From Eledone cirrhosa (taxonomy: Eukaryota): a stretch of 64,000 nt of DNA. Each line of letters begins with the position of its first letter. The first letter of the stretch is position 1. The position numbers were made by a program, and so were the translations under genes. Below, piece by piece: positions 1 through 11,352 of this stretch. The notes beneath the pieces are model-generated. The model made no database searches and was not told where the DNA came from. It saw only the letters and a list, made by a program, of their open reading frames with translations. The stretch spans positions 9,300,001-9,364,000 of the forward strand of contig OZ024759.1 in assembly GCA_964016885.1 (NCBI GenBank), read 5' to 3'.

Positions 1-159
1 TGTGACAGGGTGGTCAGTAATGTGACAGGGTGGTCAATTAAGTTGACCAACAGGAATTAACCGGGACTTATTTTATGCCAGAAGTGATGATTATTTGTTC
101 CTATCTGGTCTCAGGCCATATTAACTTGTCCAACCCATGCCAGTAAAATGGTGAGACAA

Positions 160-672
160 TGGTGATGGTGGTGGTGGTGGTGATGGTGGTGATGGTGGTG
201 ACAATGATGGTGATGGTGGTGATGGTGATGATGGTGATGGTGGTGATGGTGGTGACAATGATGGTGGTGGTGGTGACAATGATGGTGATGGTGGTGATGG
301 TGGTGATGATGGTGGTGATGGTGATGATGGTGGTGATGATGATGGTGATGGTGGTGATGGTGGTGACAATGATGGTGGTGATGGTGACAATGATGGTGAT
401 GGTGGTGATGGTGGTGATGATGGTGGTGATGGTGGTGATGATGGTGGTGATGGTGGTGACAATGATGGTGATGATGGTGACAATGATGGTGATGGTGGTG
501 ATGATGGTGGTGATGATAGTGACAATGATGGTAATGGTGATGATGGTGATGGTGACAATGATGGTGACAATGACAATGATGGTGACAATGATGGTGATGA
601 TGGTGACAATGATGGAGACAATGATGGTGATGGTGACAATGATGGTGACAATGACAATGGTGACAATGGTGG
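160..672. repeat. (GGT/GAT/GACAAT)n compound trinucleotide microsatellite
   Basis: Visible low-complexity run directly after the donor of exon 684-866; source of the poly-His and poly-Met/Val ORFs. Confidence 0.95.
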
Positions 673-683
673 TGAATACTTAC

Positions 684-866
684 TTTGAATGCTTGATCCA
701 TTTCAAGGAATTTTGTCTCAGTTCGTTTTTGCATCAGACCCAAACAGAAAGACACAAAGTTCAAATCATGCCTCAGTGAGCGAACTATCTCCCTAAAAAG
801 GGCCCTTAATGCTCTCAGGTAGTCCTCTTTGTTGACCAACAGGTCCTGGAAAATTTCAGCAAGGAT
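684..866 (-). CDS. INTS1: INTS1 coding exon (ILAEIFQDLLVNKEDYLRALRALFREIVRSLRHDLNFVSFCLGLMQKRTETKFLEMDQAFK)
   Basis: ctaccAG acceptor, GTAAGT donor, 183 nt, phase 0/0; resembles the remembered human INTS1 segment FLAMVFQDLLTNKDDYLRASRALLREII..FCLGLMQER. Confidence 0.93.
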
Positions 867-918
867 CTGGTAGGGTAGAGAGAGAGAGGACATTAGATGG
901 TGGTTGTGTGTGTAAATA

Positions 919-1117
919 TGAGGGTTGGCTGGAAAGCTCCTAAGCTGGCTATGAATGAGTGATGCTAGAGCTGTGAAATCTTGCATGCATGCATTAATTT
1001 CAACTCTTCTTATCAGTAACTATGTTTTGTTTTTTTCGGGATTATGTTTCTAAATATCCCTCATTTGGTCATTCCATGAAAGTATCTTGGTCAGCCTATC
1101 AACTTTTCAGCCGACTC

Positions 1118-1118
<1 letters not shown>
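919..1118. mobile_element. Tc1/mariner-type MITE
   Basis: TA|TGAGGGTTGGCTGGAAAG...CTTTTCAGCCGACTCG imperfect TIRs; second copy at 38862-39059. Confidence 0.65.
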
Positions 1119-1155
<37 letters not shown>

Positions 1156-1186
1156 GCACACACACACATACGCATATATATTATAT

Positions 1187-1525
1187 GGAGGCACATGGCT
1201 TAGTTGTTAGAGCATTGGGCTTGCAATCGAAAGGTTGTGAGTTCAATTCTCAGACCGGGTGATGTGTTGTTTCCTTGATCAAGACACTTTATTTCACATT
1301 GCTCCAGTTTACTCAGCTGTAGAAATGAGATGATAGGGACTGCGGTCCCTATCATTCCACTGCAAAGTGGTCGTGGAGGTGCCACGGCAAAAAAGCACCC
1401 AGCACTCACTGTAAATGAGGTTGGTGTTAGGAAGGGTATCCAGCTGTAGAAATGAAGCCAGAATCAGTTCCCATCCCACCCTTGCAAGCAGGGAAAAAGC
1501 GGACATTAAATGAAATAATGAAATG
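1187..1525 (+). mobile_element. tRNA-derived CORE-SINE with RTE-type 3' tail
   Basis: A box TGGCTTAGTTG, B box GAGTTCAATTC, CORE-like CCTTGATCAAGACACTT...CAGTTTACTCAGCTGTAGAAATG; near-identical copies at 8376-8715 (-) and 32362-33110 (+). Confidence 0.8.
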
Positions 1526-1538
1526 ATATATATATACA

Positions 1539-2131
1539 CTAGCCAAATTACCCGTGCCTTGCTGCGTTTCACACATTTTTTTTGTGAGAAAATGATGATT
1601 GATTTTAAATCAGTGATATAATTTATGGAGAAAAATCTGCATTTCAATATTACTCAATGTAAAATATAATGCATGAAAAATTGGAAAACATTATTTTTTT
1701 ATAATATATCAACTCAAAATTACATTATTAAATCTTATTTTTTGTTTCTTGTATATAATTTTTATCAAAATATCAATTCAAAACTTGATCATTTCATTTT
1801 GGTGTAAAGCATTATTTTATTTATGCTTCCAAAATGTTCACTCTAGGGGGTTTAAACCCCATTAGGGTGCCTTAATATTATTGAAATTTGCTGAAATTTA
1901 GTGAATAGGCATCATATTGTGTCATTTACCTATGGTTTAAATTTCATATATATCGAAGGGTTTGTGCCCCCAGGGAACTCTTTGAATAAAATGAAATATA
2001 CTTATCCAAGTACCCTGGGCAATGTAGTTTCAGAATATATAGGGTTATGGGGGTCTATCTCCAAAACCATAGGAGGAGTTTGTGAACAAATAAACAAACA
2101 GACAGGAACTACAACTTTAGATATATATAGA
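1539..2131 (-). mobile_element. Non-autonomous Helitron-like element
   Basis: On the minus strand begins A|TCTATATAT...CTGTCTGTTTG and ends with GC-rich CGCAGCAAGGCACGGG then GGCTAG|T; same architecture as 27755-28539. Confidence 0.55.
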
Positions 2132-2465
2132 TATATTTCATCATCGTTGATTAACGTCTAGCTATATATACACATATAACATGTTTGGTGACATGACAAA
2201 AGGTGGCCAACCCACATTGTTAAATGGTCATGTTGGTGGTACAACAAAAAGCCCCTAGCCCACACTATAAGGTGGTTGGTTTGGTCCCACAATAAAAAGC
2301 ACCCAGTCCACACTGTAAATGAGGTTGGTGTTAGGAAGGGCATCCAGCTGTAGAAAATGAGCCAAAATAGAGATCTGTATGATGTGGTCTGTGGACCTGA
2401 CATGTCTCATAAGGTAACAACTGCGTGGAACATTAAACAGTGATGATGACATATAAGGTACATAC

Positions 2466-2607
2466 TCTAGCAGATGTTTCTGGGGAGCTCTGACATATGA
2501 CACCCAGTAAAGCCATGTTGTTAGGGTTTCGTGCGCTCGACAATTCATTGTAGATAGTTTGTGTTAGAATCATCCGTAAATTCTCAGAGTTTTGGGATAG
2601 AAGTTCT
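2466..2607 (-). CDS. INTS1: INTS1 coding exon (ELLSQNSENLRMILTQTIYNELSSARNPNNMALLGVICQSSPETSAR)
   Basis: ttctAG acceptor, GTATGT donor, 142 nt, phase 2/0; NELSSARNPNNM is an INTS1 motif. Confidence 0.94.
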
Positions 2608-2861
2608 CTAGAATAACAAAAATATAAAAATAAAATAAATATAAAAAAATCAATTTTGGGGGGCAAGGGAAAGTACCAGTAATTCACTGATCCCAGTACA
2701 TTACTGGTACTTTATTATATCGACCCCTTAACCCTTTAGTATTCACATTAATTTGTCAAATGTCATGTTTATCTATTTTCAGTTAATTGTACTCAAGAGG
2801 GTTATCAATTTTATTTGTTTGTAATTTTCTTAATTTTCTATGTGCAGGCTTGAAATTTTAT

Positions 2862-3325
2862 CAGTAGATGTTTAAATGTCAATAATTTAAAATTTTATAA
2901 TTTTACCTGATTTTTTTGGTTAAATTTGACTTTTATGGACAGGTGAAATTAATTAATAGGGGCATTTGAAGTATCAACCAGGTGCAAATACTGGTTTAAT
3001 TTTAAATACCTTGTTTTGTCAGTAGATGTTTAAATGTCAATTTACAATTTTATAATTTTACCTGATTTTTTGGTTAAATTTGACTTTTATGGACAGGTGA
3101 AATTAATTAATAGGGGCATTTGAAGTATCAACCAGGTGCAAATACTGGTTTAATTTTAAATACCTTGTTTTGTCAGTAGATGTTTAAATGTCAATTTACA
3201 ATTTTATAATTTTACCTGAATTTTTTGGTTAAATTAGACTTCTATAGACAGGTGAAATTAATTAATAGGGGCATTTGAAGTATCAACCAGGTGCAAATAC
3301 TGGTTTAATTTTAAATACCTTGTTT
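2862..3325. repeat. About 155-bp tandem triplication
   Basis: CAGTAGATGTTTAAATGTC...AAATACCTTGTTTT occurs three times head to tail. Confidence 0.85.
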
Positions 3326-4362
3326 TCGGCATAATACTTGATATATAAGGATCACTAAACCTTATATCAGTGCTTCAGTAATTCCACAGTCTTGGTAATT
3401 GTTTTATTCTGAACATAATATTTACGGTAAAAAATGCTTGCATTTCCGCAGCATCTGTCGGTCGCCAAACAGATCGGGTTTTCCTTCAAATGTTTATAGT
3501 ATCTTTGAAGGCGTGTGGCTGAGTGGTTAGAGAATTGGATTCGCAATTGCGAGGCTGTGAGTTCGATTCCCGGACCAGGCGATAAGTTATGTCCTTGAGC
3601 AAGACACTTTCTTTCACATTGCTCCTTCTACCTGGAGTTGCAACCGATAGATAGTATTAGCAATTGGAAAGACTAATGGAAACTAGCTTCCTTGGTCCGA
3701 TTTGACGAAAGTCGATCGACTGTCGATAGTTTCTTTACAATTAGATAAACCATTGTGAGAATTTGCAGTATTACAGGAAAGTCTTTAATATTTATTGTCA
3801 TGAAGTCATAGTGTTGTTTTATACTTTTCAAAAATGTCTTGCTGATGTGATGCAGACATAGAATATCTTAACGCGGTTTGTTCATTCAAATGTCTATAGT
3901 ATCTTTACTAGGGGAAAGTACATTTTGAACATTTTCAATATTAGAGTAAAGACTTTAATTTTTAATGTGATATTTTTTTACTTTTCAAGAATATCTTGCT
4001 AATGCTGTTTAATATGGTACAGGATCTTAAAGTTAATTTAAATCTTTAGAATATCTTTAGTAGTGGACTGATCTTTGTGGAAATTTATAGTAGTAAAGTA
4101 AAGATTTCAATTTTGAATGTGATACAGCCATAGTGCTGTTTTATATTTTTCAACAATATCAACTATAAATGTGGTTGGTGTTAGGAAGAGCATCCAGCCA
4201 TAGAAACCAAGCCAGTAAGACATGGTCACCTGACCTGACTTGTCTCTAATGGGACAACTCATCTAACCAATGCTAGCATGAAAAAAATGGATGTTAAACA
4301 ATGATGATGATCTTGCTAATGTGGTTTCATGTGGTACAGGATGTTATGAATTAAAAAGTTAA

Positions 4363-4856
4363 CCCTTTAGCATTCACATTACTCTACATATACTATTATA
4401 TTTTCACAGTAAAGGCTTTACCTCACATAATATCTCACATAACATTTACATTACTCTATATATACTATTGTATTTTCACAGTAAAGGCTTTACCTCACAT
4501 AATATCTCACATAACATTTACATTACTCTATATATACTATTGTATTTTCACAGTAAAGGCTTTACCTCACATAATATCTCACATAACATTTACATTACTC
4601 TATATATACTATTGTATTTTCACAGTAAAGGCTTTACCTCACATAATATCTCACATAACATTTACATTACTCTATATATACTATTGTATTATCACAGTAA
4701 AGACTTTACCTCACATAATATCGAATCTATGAGATTTTGAAAGTATTTATTTTGAAAACAATACCTTAACATCAGTTTGAGCGACCGGTTACAGCCAGTT
4801 TCACAGAAACAGGTAGAGAATTCTGGCTGGTTTTGGCCGGTTTGAACATTAAAGGG
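4363..4856. mobile_element. piggyBac-like MITE containing a 72-bp internal tandem repeat
   Basis: TTAA|CCCTTTAGCATT...AACATTAAAGGG|TTAA (TTAA target duplication, CCC/GGG termini); related copies at about 9850-10045 (partial) and 30195-32276. Confidence 0.7.
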
Positions 4857-4894
4857 TTAAAGGAAAAAAGAAAGAATAACCATATCAGCCTTAC

Positions 4895-5040
4895 CTCAAA
4901 CTTGAAAGGTAATGGTTTATCAGGGGTTTGGTTTTTAGACGTATTTTGGTCAACTGGACAATGGTCTCTACATCCATTGACGAGGACTGGTCACAGTTGA
5001 GACACACGGACAGGAGCAGGTCTTGGGCTGATCTAGACAA
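4895..5040 (-). CDS. INTS1: INTS1 coding exon (LSRSAQDLLLSVCLNCDQSSSMDVETIVQLTKIRLKTKPLINHYLSSLR)
   Basis: attccAG acceptor, GTAAGG donor, 146 nt, phase 0/2; collinear with INTS1 LTRPAQDLLMSVCMNC...KIRLK. Confidence 0.93.
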
Positions 5041-5770
5041 CTGGAATACATGAGTGAGAGTGTAAGTGTGAGTGAGAGGTGACAGTTGAGACATAATAGA
5101 ATACAACAGGTCCAGGGCTGATCTGGACAACTGGAATACATGAGTGAGAGTGTGAGTGTGAGTGAGAGTGTGAGGTGACAGCTGAGACATAATAGAAGGC
5201 AGCAGGTCCAGGGCTGATCTGGACAACTGGAATACATGAGTGAGAGTGTGAGTGAGAGGTGACAGTTGAGACATAATGGAAGGGAGCAGGTCCAGGGCTG
5301 ATCTGGACAACTGGAATACATGAGTGAGAGTGAGAGTGTGAGTGAGAGGTGAGACATAATAGAAGGCAGCAGGTCCAGGGCTGATCTGGACAACTGGAAT
5401 ACATGAGTGAGAGTGTGAGTGAGAGGTGACAGTTGAGACACAATAGAAGGCAGCAGGTCCAGGGCTGATCTGGACAACTGGAATACATGAGTGAGAGTGT
5501 GAGTGAGAGTGTGAGGTGACAGTTGAGATATAAAAGAAGGCAGCAGGTCCAGGGCTGATCTGGACAACTGGAATACATGAGTGAGAGTGTGAGTGTGAGG
5601 TGACAGTTGAGACATAGAAGGCAGCAGGTCCAAGGCTGATCTGGACAACTGGAATACATGAGTGAGAGTGTGAGTGAGAGTGGGAGGTGACAGTTGAGAC
5701 ACAATAGAAGGCAGCAGGTCCAGGGCTGATCTGGACAACTGGAATCCATGAGTGAGAGTGTGAGTGTGGT
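5041..5770 (-). repeat. 81-96-bp tandem array made of the INTS1 3' splice site plus exon start (8 extra copies)
   Basis: Unit CATGTATTCCAG|TTGTCCAGATCAGCCCTGGACCTGCTG...TCTCAACTGT matches the real acceptor and first ~48 nt of exon 4895-5040. Confidence 0.92.
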
Positions 5771-5803
5771 ATCAAGAGGAGGGTCAACAGAGAAAGAACC
5801 AAC

Positions 5804-5990
5804 CTTTGGGTTTTGCAGCCACATTTCTAGGCGTTGTGCTGCAGTGAGTCGGATTTCTCCGGAGCCGCAGGTGACTGTCATCAGTCGGATCAGGTTACGA
5901 GTTGATCCATCCATGGGTTGACGTTTGTTCAGCTGTTCTCTCACAATTTCCAGGACATCTGATTCAATCATCTCTTGACGGTAGACATAC
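5804..5990 (-). CDS. INTS1: INTS1 coding exon (YVYRQEMIESDVLEIVREQLNKRQPMDGSTRNLIRLMTVTCGSGEIRLTAAQRLEMWLQNPK)
   Basis: acttgAG acceptor, GTTGGT donor, 187 nt, phase 2/0; LEMWLQNPK is an INTS1 motif. Confidence 0.93.
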
Positions 5991-6029
5991 CTCAAGTAAT
6001 GACATTCGTAAACAGATGGTAAATATCAT

Positions 6030-6395
6030 CATACACACACAGTGTCACATACACACACACTAGTGTCACATACACACACACACTAGTGTCACATACACAC
6101 TAGTGTCACACACACTAGTGTCACCTACACACACACTAGTGTCACATACATACACACTAGTGTCACACACACACACACAAGTGTCACATACATACACACA
6201 CACACTAGTGTCACATACACACACACACACACACTAGTGTCTCATACACACACACTAGTGTCATATACACACACATGCACTAGTGTCATACACACACACA
6301 CACTAGTGTTACATACACACACACATGTACAGACATACACAGAAGCACACATACACACACACTACACAGTTATAAACACACACACACACGCACAC
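6030..6395. repeat. CA-rich minisatellite (CACACTAGTGTCACATA)n
   Basis: Visible tandem units with a palindromic ACACTAGTGT core. Confidence 0.85.
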
Positions 6396-6480
6396 CAACA
6401 TTATCTCACCTGGAGATTCATCAAACCTCCACCCTTAATTTTACCTCTCCTGGGTGTTATCAGGGCGCTCCCCTGCTCTG

Positions 6481-8144
6481 CAACATTACCTCACCTGAGA
6501 ATTATTGGACTCTCCCCTCTCCACCAACTTTATCCCACCTGGGAGTTATTGGAGAGTGATTAGACCCTGCCATCCACCCCAACATTACCTCACCTGAGAA
6601 TTATTGGACTCTCCCCTCTCCACCAACTTTATCCCACCTGGGAGTTATTGGAGAGTGATTAGACCCTGCCATCCACCCCAACATTACCTCACCTGAGAAT
6701 TATTGGACTCTCCCCTCTCCACCAACTTTATCCCACCTGGGAGTTATTGGAGAGTGATTAGACCCTGCCATCCACCCCAACATTACCTCACCTGAGAATT
6801 ATTGGACTCTCCCCTCTCCACCAACTTTATCCCACCTGGGAGTTATTGGAGAGTGATTAGACCCTGCCATCCACCCCAACATTACCTCACCTGAGAATTA
6901 TTGGACTCTCCCCTCTCCACCAACTTTATCCCACCTGGGAGTTATTGGAGAGTGATTAGACCCTGCCATCCACCCCAACATTACCTCACCTGAGAATTAT
7001 TGGACTCTCCCCTCTCCACCAACTTTATCCCACCTGGGAGTTATTGGAGAGTGATTAGACCCTGCCATCCACCCCAACATTACCTCACCTGAGAATTATT
7101 GGACTCTCCCCTCTCCACCAACTTTATCCCACCTGGGAGTTATTGGAGAGTGATTAGACCCTGCCATCCACCCCAACATTACCTCACCTGAGAATTATTG
7201 GACTCTCCCCTCTCCACCAACTTTATCCCACCTGGGAGTTATTGGAGAGTGATTAGACCCTGCCATCCACCCCAACATTACCTCATCTGAGAATTATTGG
7301 ACTCTCCCCTCTCCACCAACTTTATCCCACCTGGGAGTTATTGGAGAGTGATTAGACCCTGCCATCCACCCCAACATTACCTCACCTGAGAATTATTGGA
7401 CTCTCCCCTCTCCACCAACTTTATCCCACCTGGGAGTTATTGGAGAGTGATTAGACCCTGCCATCCACCCCAACATTACCTCACCTGAGAATTATTGGAC
7501 TCTCCCCTCTCCACCAACTTTATCCCACCTGGGAGTTATTGGAGAGTGATTAGACCCTGCCATCCACCCCAACATTACCTCACCTGAGAATTATTGGACT
7601 CTCCCCTCTCCACCAACTTTATCCCACCTGGGAGTTATTGGAGAGTGATTAGACCCTGCCATCCACCCCAACATTACCTCACCTGAGAATTATTGGACTC
7701 TCCCCTCTCCACCAACTTTATCCCACTTGGGAGTTATTGGAGAGTGATTAGACCCTGCCATCCACCCCAACATTACCTCACCTGAGAATTATTGGACTCT
7801 CCCCTCTCCACCAACTTTATCCCACCTGGGAGTTATTGGAGGGTGATTAGACCCTGCCATCCACCCCAACATTATCTCACCTAGGTATTATAAGACCCAC
7901 ACCTGCCCAACATTAATTATCTCACCTGGGAGTTATTGGAGGGTGATTAGACCCTGCCATCCACCCCAACATTATCTCACCTAGGTATTATAAGACCCAC
8001 ACCTGCCCAACATTAATTATCTCACCTGGGAGTTATTGGAGAGTGATTAGACCCTGCCATCCACCCCAACATTACCTCACCTAGGTATTATAAGACCCAC
8101 ACCTGCCCAACATTAATTATCTCACCTGGGAGTTATTGGAGAGT
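6481..8144 (-). repeat. 99/100-bp tandem array derived from an INTS1 exon 3' end and donor (about 14 + 2-3 units)
   Basis: Unit contains CTCTCCAATAACTCCCAG|GTG, identical to the end of exon 8126-8228; period 99 (6481, 6580, 6679) then 100 (7921, 8021, 8121). Confidence 0.92.
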
Positions 8145-8228
8145 TATCAGCCTCCCAGAAGCCAGGTTTGAAACTGTCACTGTCGATACTTTTGTCTTCT
8201 TCTTCACACACACTCAACGATGGACTTG
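8126..8228 (-). CDS. INTS1: INTS1 coding exon (SPSLSVCEEEDKSIDSDSFKPGFWEADNSPITPR)
   Basis: Long pyrimidine tract plus atcAG, GTGAGA donor, 103 nt, phase 1/2 fits both neighbours; aligns to INTS1 SPHPSLTEEED...MPR. Not in the ORF track. Confidence 0.85.
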
Positions 8229-8375
8229 CTGATTGAAAAAGAAAATAAAGTGAAACAAGTAGAAAACAATTAATTTAATTGATTCTTAACATCCTCTAAC
8301 GAGTTAGCAGAAAATATCAAAACACAGGTTGGTTAATTCCAATGTTTATAATATCTTTACTAATGGACAGATTTA

Positions 8376-8715
8376 CATTTCATTTTCATTTCATTTTACG
8401 TCCACTTTTCCCTGCTTGCAAGGGTGGGACGGCAACTGATTCTGGCTTGATTTCTACAGCTGGATGCCCTTCCTAACACCAACCTCATTTACAGTGAGTG
8501 CTGGGTGCTTTTTTGTCGTGGCACCTCCACGACCACTTTGCAGTGGAGTGATAGGGACCCAGTCCCTATCATCTCATTTCTACAGCTGAGTAAACTGGAG
8601 CAATGTGAAATAAAGTGTCTTGCTCAAGGAAACAACACATCACCCGGTCTGAGAATTGAACTCACAACCTTTCGATTGCAAGCCCAATGCTCTAACCACT
8701 AAGCCATGTGCCTCC
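8376..8715 (-). mobile_element. CORE-SINE copy
   Basis: Reverse complement of 1187-1525. Confidence 0.8.
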
Positions 8716-8811
8716 ATGATCATCATGAAAATTTGCAGTATTAAAGACTTCAAATTTGAATGTGATGCAGTCATAGTGTTGTTTTCTACTTTTCAAGAAA
8801 GTTTTGTTAAT

Positions 8812-9000
8812 GTCATCATCATCATCTTCGTTTAACGCCCATCTTCCATGCTAGCATGGGTTAGACAGGAGTTGTCCCACTTGAGGCAAGGTTGGTCGGG
8901 TGACCGTGACTCGCTCATATAGGACTACCTGGCAGGTTTTCTACGGCTGGGTGCCCTTCCTAACACCAACTACATTTACAGTGTGGAACTGGGAACTTTT
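8812..9000 (-). mobile_element. SINE/RTE-tail repeat ending in (ATG)n
   Basis: GTTGGTGTTAGGAAGGGCA...CCCATGCTAGCATGGAA...GTTAAACGA(TGA)n; relatives at about 2290-2450, 4165-4310, 11160-11347, 20695-20880 and 43797-44015. Confidence 0.65.
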
Positions 9001-9850
9001 TACACGGCCACATTACAGCGTGGACTGTGTGTTTTTTTTCTCGTGACACCTACACAACCACATTACAGTGTGGACTGTGTGTTTTTTTTCTCGTGACACC
9101 TACACGGCCACATTATAGCGTGGACTGTGTGTTTTTTTCCTCGTGACACCTACACGGCCACATTACAGCGTAGACTGTGTGTTTTTTTTCTCGTGACACT
9201 TACACAGCCACATTACAGCGTGGACTGTGTGTTTTTTTTCTCGTGACACCTACACGGCCACATTACAGCGTGGACTGTGTGTTTTTTTTCTCGTGACACC
9301 TACACGGCCACATTACAGCATGGACTGTGTGTTTTTTTCCTCGTGACACCTACACGGCCACATTACAGCGTGGACTGTGTGTTTTTTTTCTCGTGACACC
9401 TACACGGCCACATTACAGCGTGGACTGTGTGTTTTTTTTCTCGTGACACCTACACGGCCACATTACAGCGTGGACTGTGCGTTTTTTTTCTCGTGACACC
9501 TACACAACCACATTACAGCGTGGACTGTGTGTTTTTTTTCTCGTGACACCTACACGGCCACATTACAGCGTGGACTGTGTGTTTTTTTTCTCGTGACACC
9601 TACACGGCCACATTACAGCATGGACTGTGTGTTTTCTTTGTCGTGACACCTACACGGCCACATTACAGCGTGCACTGTGTGTTTTTTTTCTCGTGACACC
9701 TACACGGCCACCTTACAACGTGGACTGTGTGTTTTTTTCCTCGTGACACCTACACGGCCACATTACAGCGTGGACTGTGTTTTTTTTCTCGTGACACTTA
9801 CATGGCCACATTACAGCGTGGACTGTCAGTTTTTTTCTCATGACACCTAC
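9001..9850. repeat. 50-bp minisatellite, about 17 copies, seeded by a SINE-internal segment
   Basis: TACACGGCCACATTACAGCGTGGACTGTGTGTTTTTTTTCTCGTGACACC, period 50; contiguous with the element at 8812-9000. Confidence 0.92.
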
Positions 9851-10254
9851 ACATACTATTGTATTTTCACAGTAAATGCTTTATCTCACATAATTATCTC
9901 ACATAATATCGAATCTATGAGATTTTGAAAGTATTTATTTTGAGAACAATACCTTAACATCAATTTGAGCAACCAGTTACAGCCAGTTTCAACAGAAAGA
10001 AGTAGAGAATTCTTGTCGGTTTTGGCCGGTTTGAACATTAAAGGGTTAAACTGGAGTTTAGAATGTAACAAAAGTTCTTACATGAAATTATGACAGAAGC
10101 TTATTTTAGATAAACACCTAAACTTTTTTGTTAAGATATTTCTAATGTGGTTTCATATATTTCTGTTATTTAAATGTTTATATTATCTTTACTAGTGGAC
10201 AGATTGTTGTGAAAATTTACAGACGATGATGATGATGACGGTGATGATAGTAAA

Positions 10255-10442
10255 AATAATTGTTTCTACTTATGGCACAAGGCCAGCAATTACCCAATGC
10301 ATTACTGGTACTTTATTTTATCGACCCCGTAAGGATGAAAGGCAAAGTCAACCTCAGCGGGATTTGAACTCAGATCGTAAAGGGACGTAACTCTATGCTT
10401 CAAAGCATGGCGTCCGACCCTCTACCGATACTGCCAATCCAT
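10255..10442 (-). mobile_element. tRNA-derived Nin/Deu-domain SINE
   Basis: A box TGGCAGTATCGG, B box GAGTTCAAATCCC, then GTTGACTTTGCCTTTCATCCTTACGGGGTCGATAAAATAAAGTACCAG (Nin/Deu-like core); many copies in the window. Confidence 0.75.
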
Positions 10443-11122
10443 GCCCTATGCCAATCCATGCCCCATACCAATCCATGCCCTATGCCAATCCATGCCCCAT
10501 ACCAATCCATGCCCTATGCCAATCCATGCCCTATGCCAATCCATGCCCTATGCCAATCCATGCCCTATGCCAATCCATGCCCTATAACAATCCACTGCCC
10601 TATGCCAATCTATGCCCTATGTCAATCTATGCCCTATGTCAATCCATGCCCTATGCCAATCCATGCCCTATGCCAATCCATGCCCTATGCCAATCCATGC
10701 CCTCTGCCAATCCATGCCCTATGCCAATTTATGCCCTATGCCAATCTATGCCCTATGCCAATCCATGCCCTATGCCAATTTATGCCCTATGCCAATCCAT
10801 GCCCTATGCCAATTTATGCCCTCTGCCAATCCATGCCCTATGCCAATTTATGCCCTATGCCAATCTATGCCCTATGCCAATCCATGCCCTATGCCAATCT
10901 ATGCCCTATGCCAATCCATGCCCTATGCCAATTTATGCCCTCTGCCAATCCATGCCCTATGCCAATTTATGCCCTATGCCAATCTATGCCTTATGCCAAT
11001 CCATGCCCTATGCCAATCTATGCCCTATGCCAATCCATGCCCTATGCCAATTTATGCCCTATGCCAATCCATGCCCTATGCCAATTTATGCCCTATGCCA
11101 ATCCATGCCCTATGCCAATCCA
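10432..11122. repeat. 17-bp minisatellite (TGCCAATCCATGCCCTA)n, about 40 copies
   Basis: Visible tandem array that starts inside the SINE 5' terminus TGCCAATCCA. Confidence 0.93.
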
Positions 11123-11352
11123 CCGATGACAGTAACAATAATTGTGATGAATATGACAGGAAAAAAGCACCAAGTACACACTGTAATGTGGTTGGCATTA
11201 GGAAGGACATCCAGTTGTAGAAACCAAACCACAATCATTTCTGTGTGAACAAGACATGGTCACTTTCCCTGGCTTGTCTTACAATGAGACAACTTGTCTA
11301 ACCCATACTAATGTGGAAAAATGGACGTTAAACGGTGATGAAGATGACTTAC

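Noticed and set aside
111-683. Poly-His protein tail and poly-Met/Val or Ser/Pro ORFs
   Set aside because: Trinucleotide microsatellite beyond a GTAAGT donor; the MQDFTALASL start comes from a MITE also found at 38.9 kb.
1187-1262. tRNA gene (A/B boxes, apparent GCA anticodon)
   Set aside because: Continues into a CORE domain and LINE tail in every copy, so it is a SINE head.
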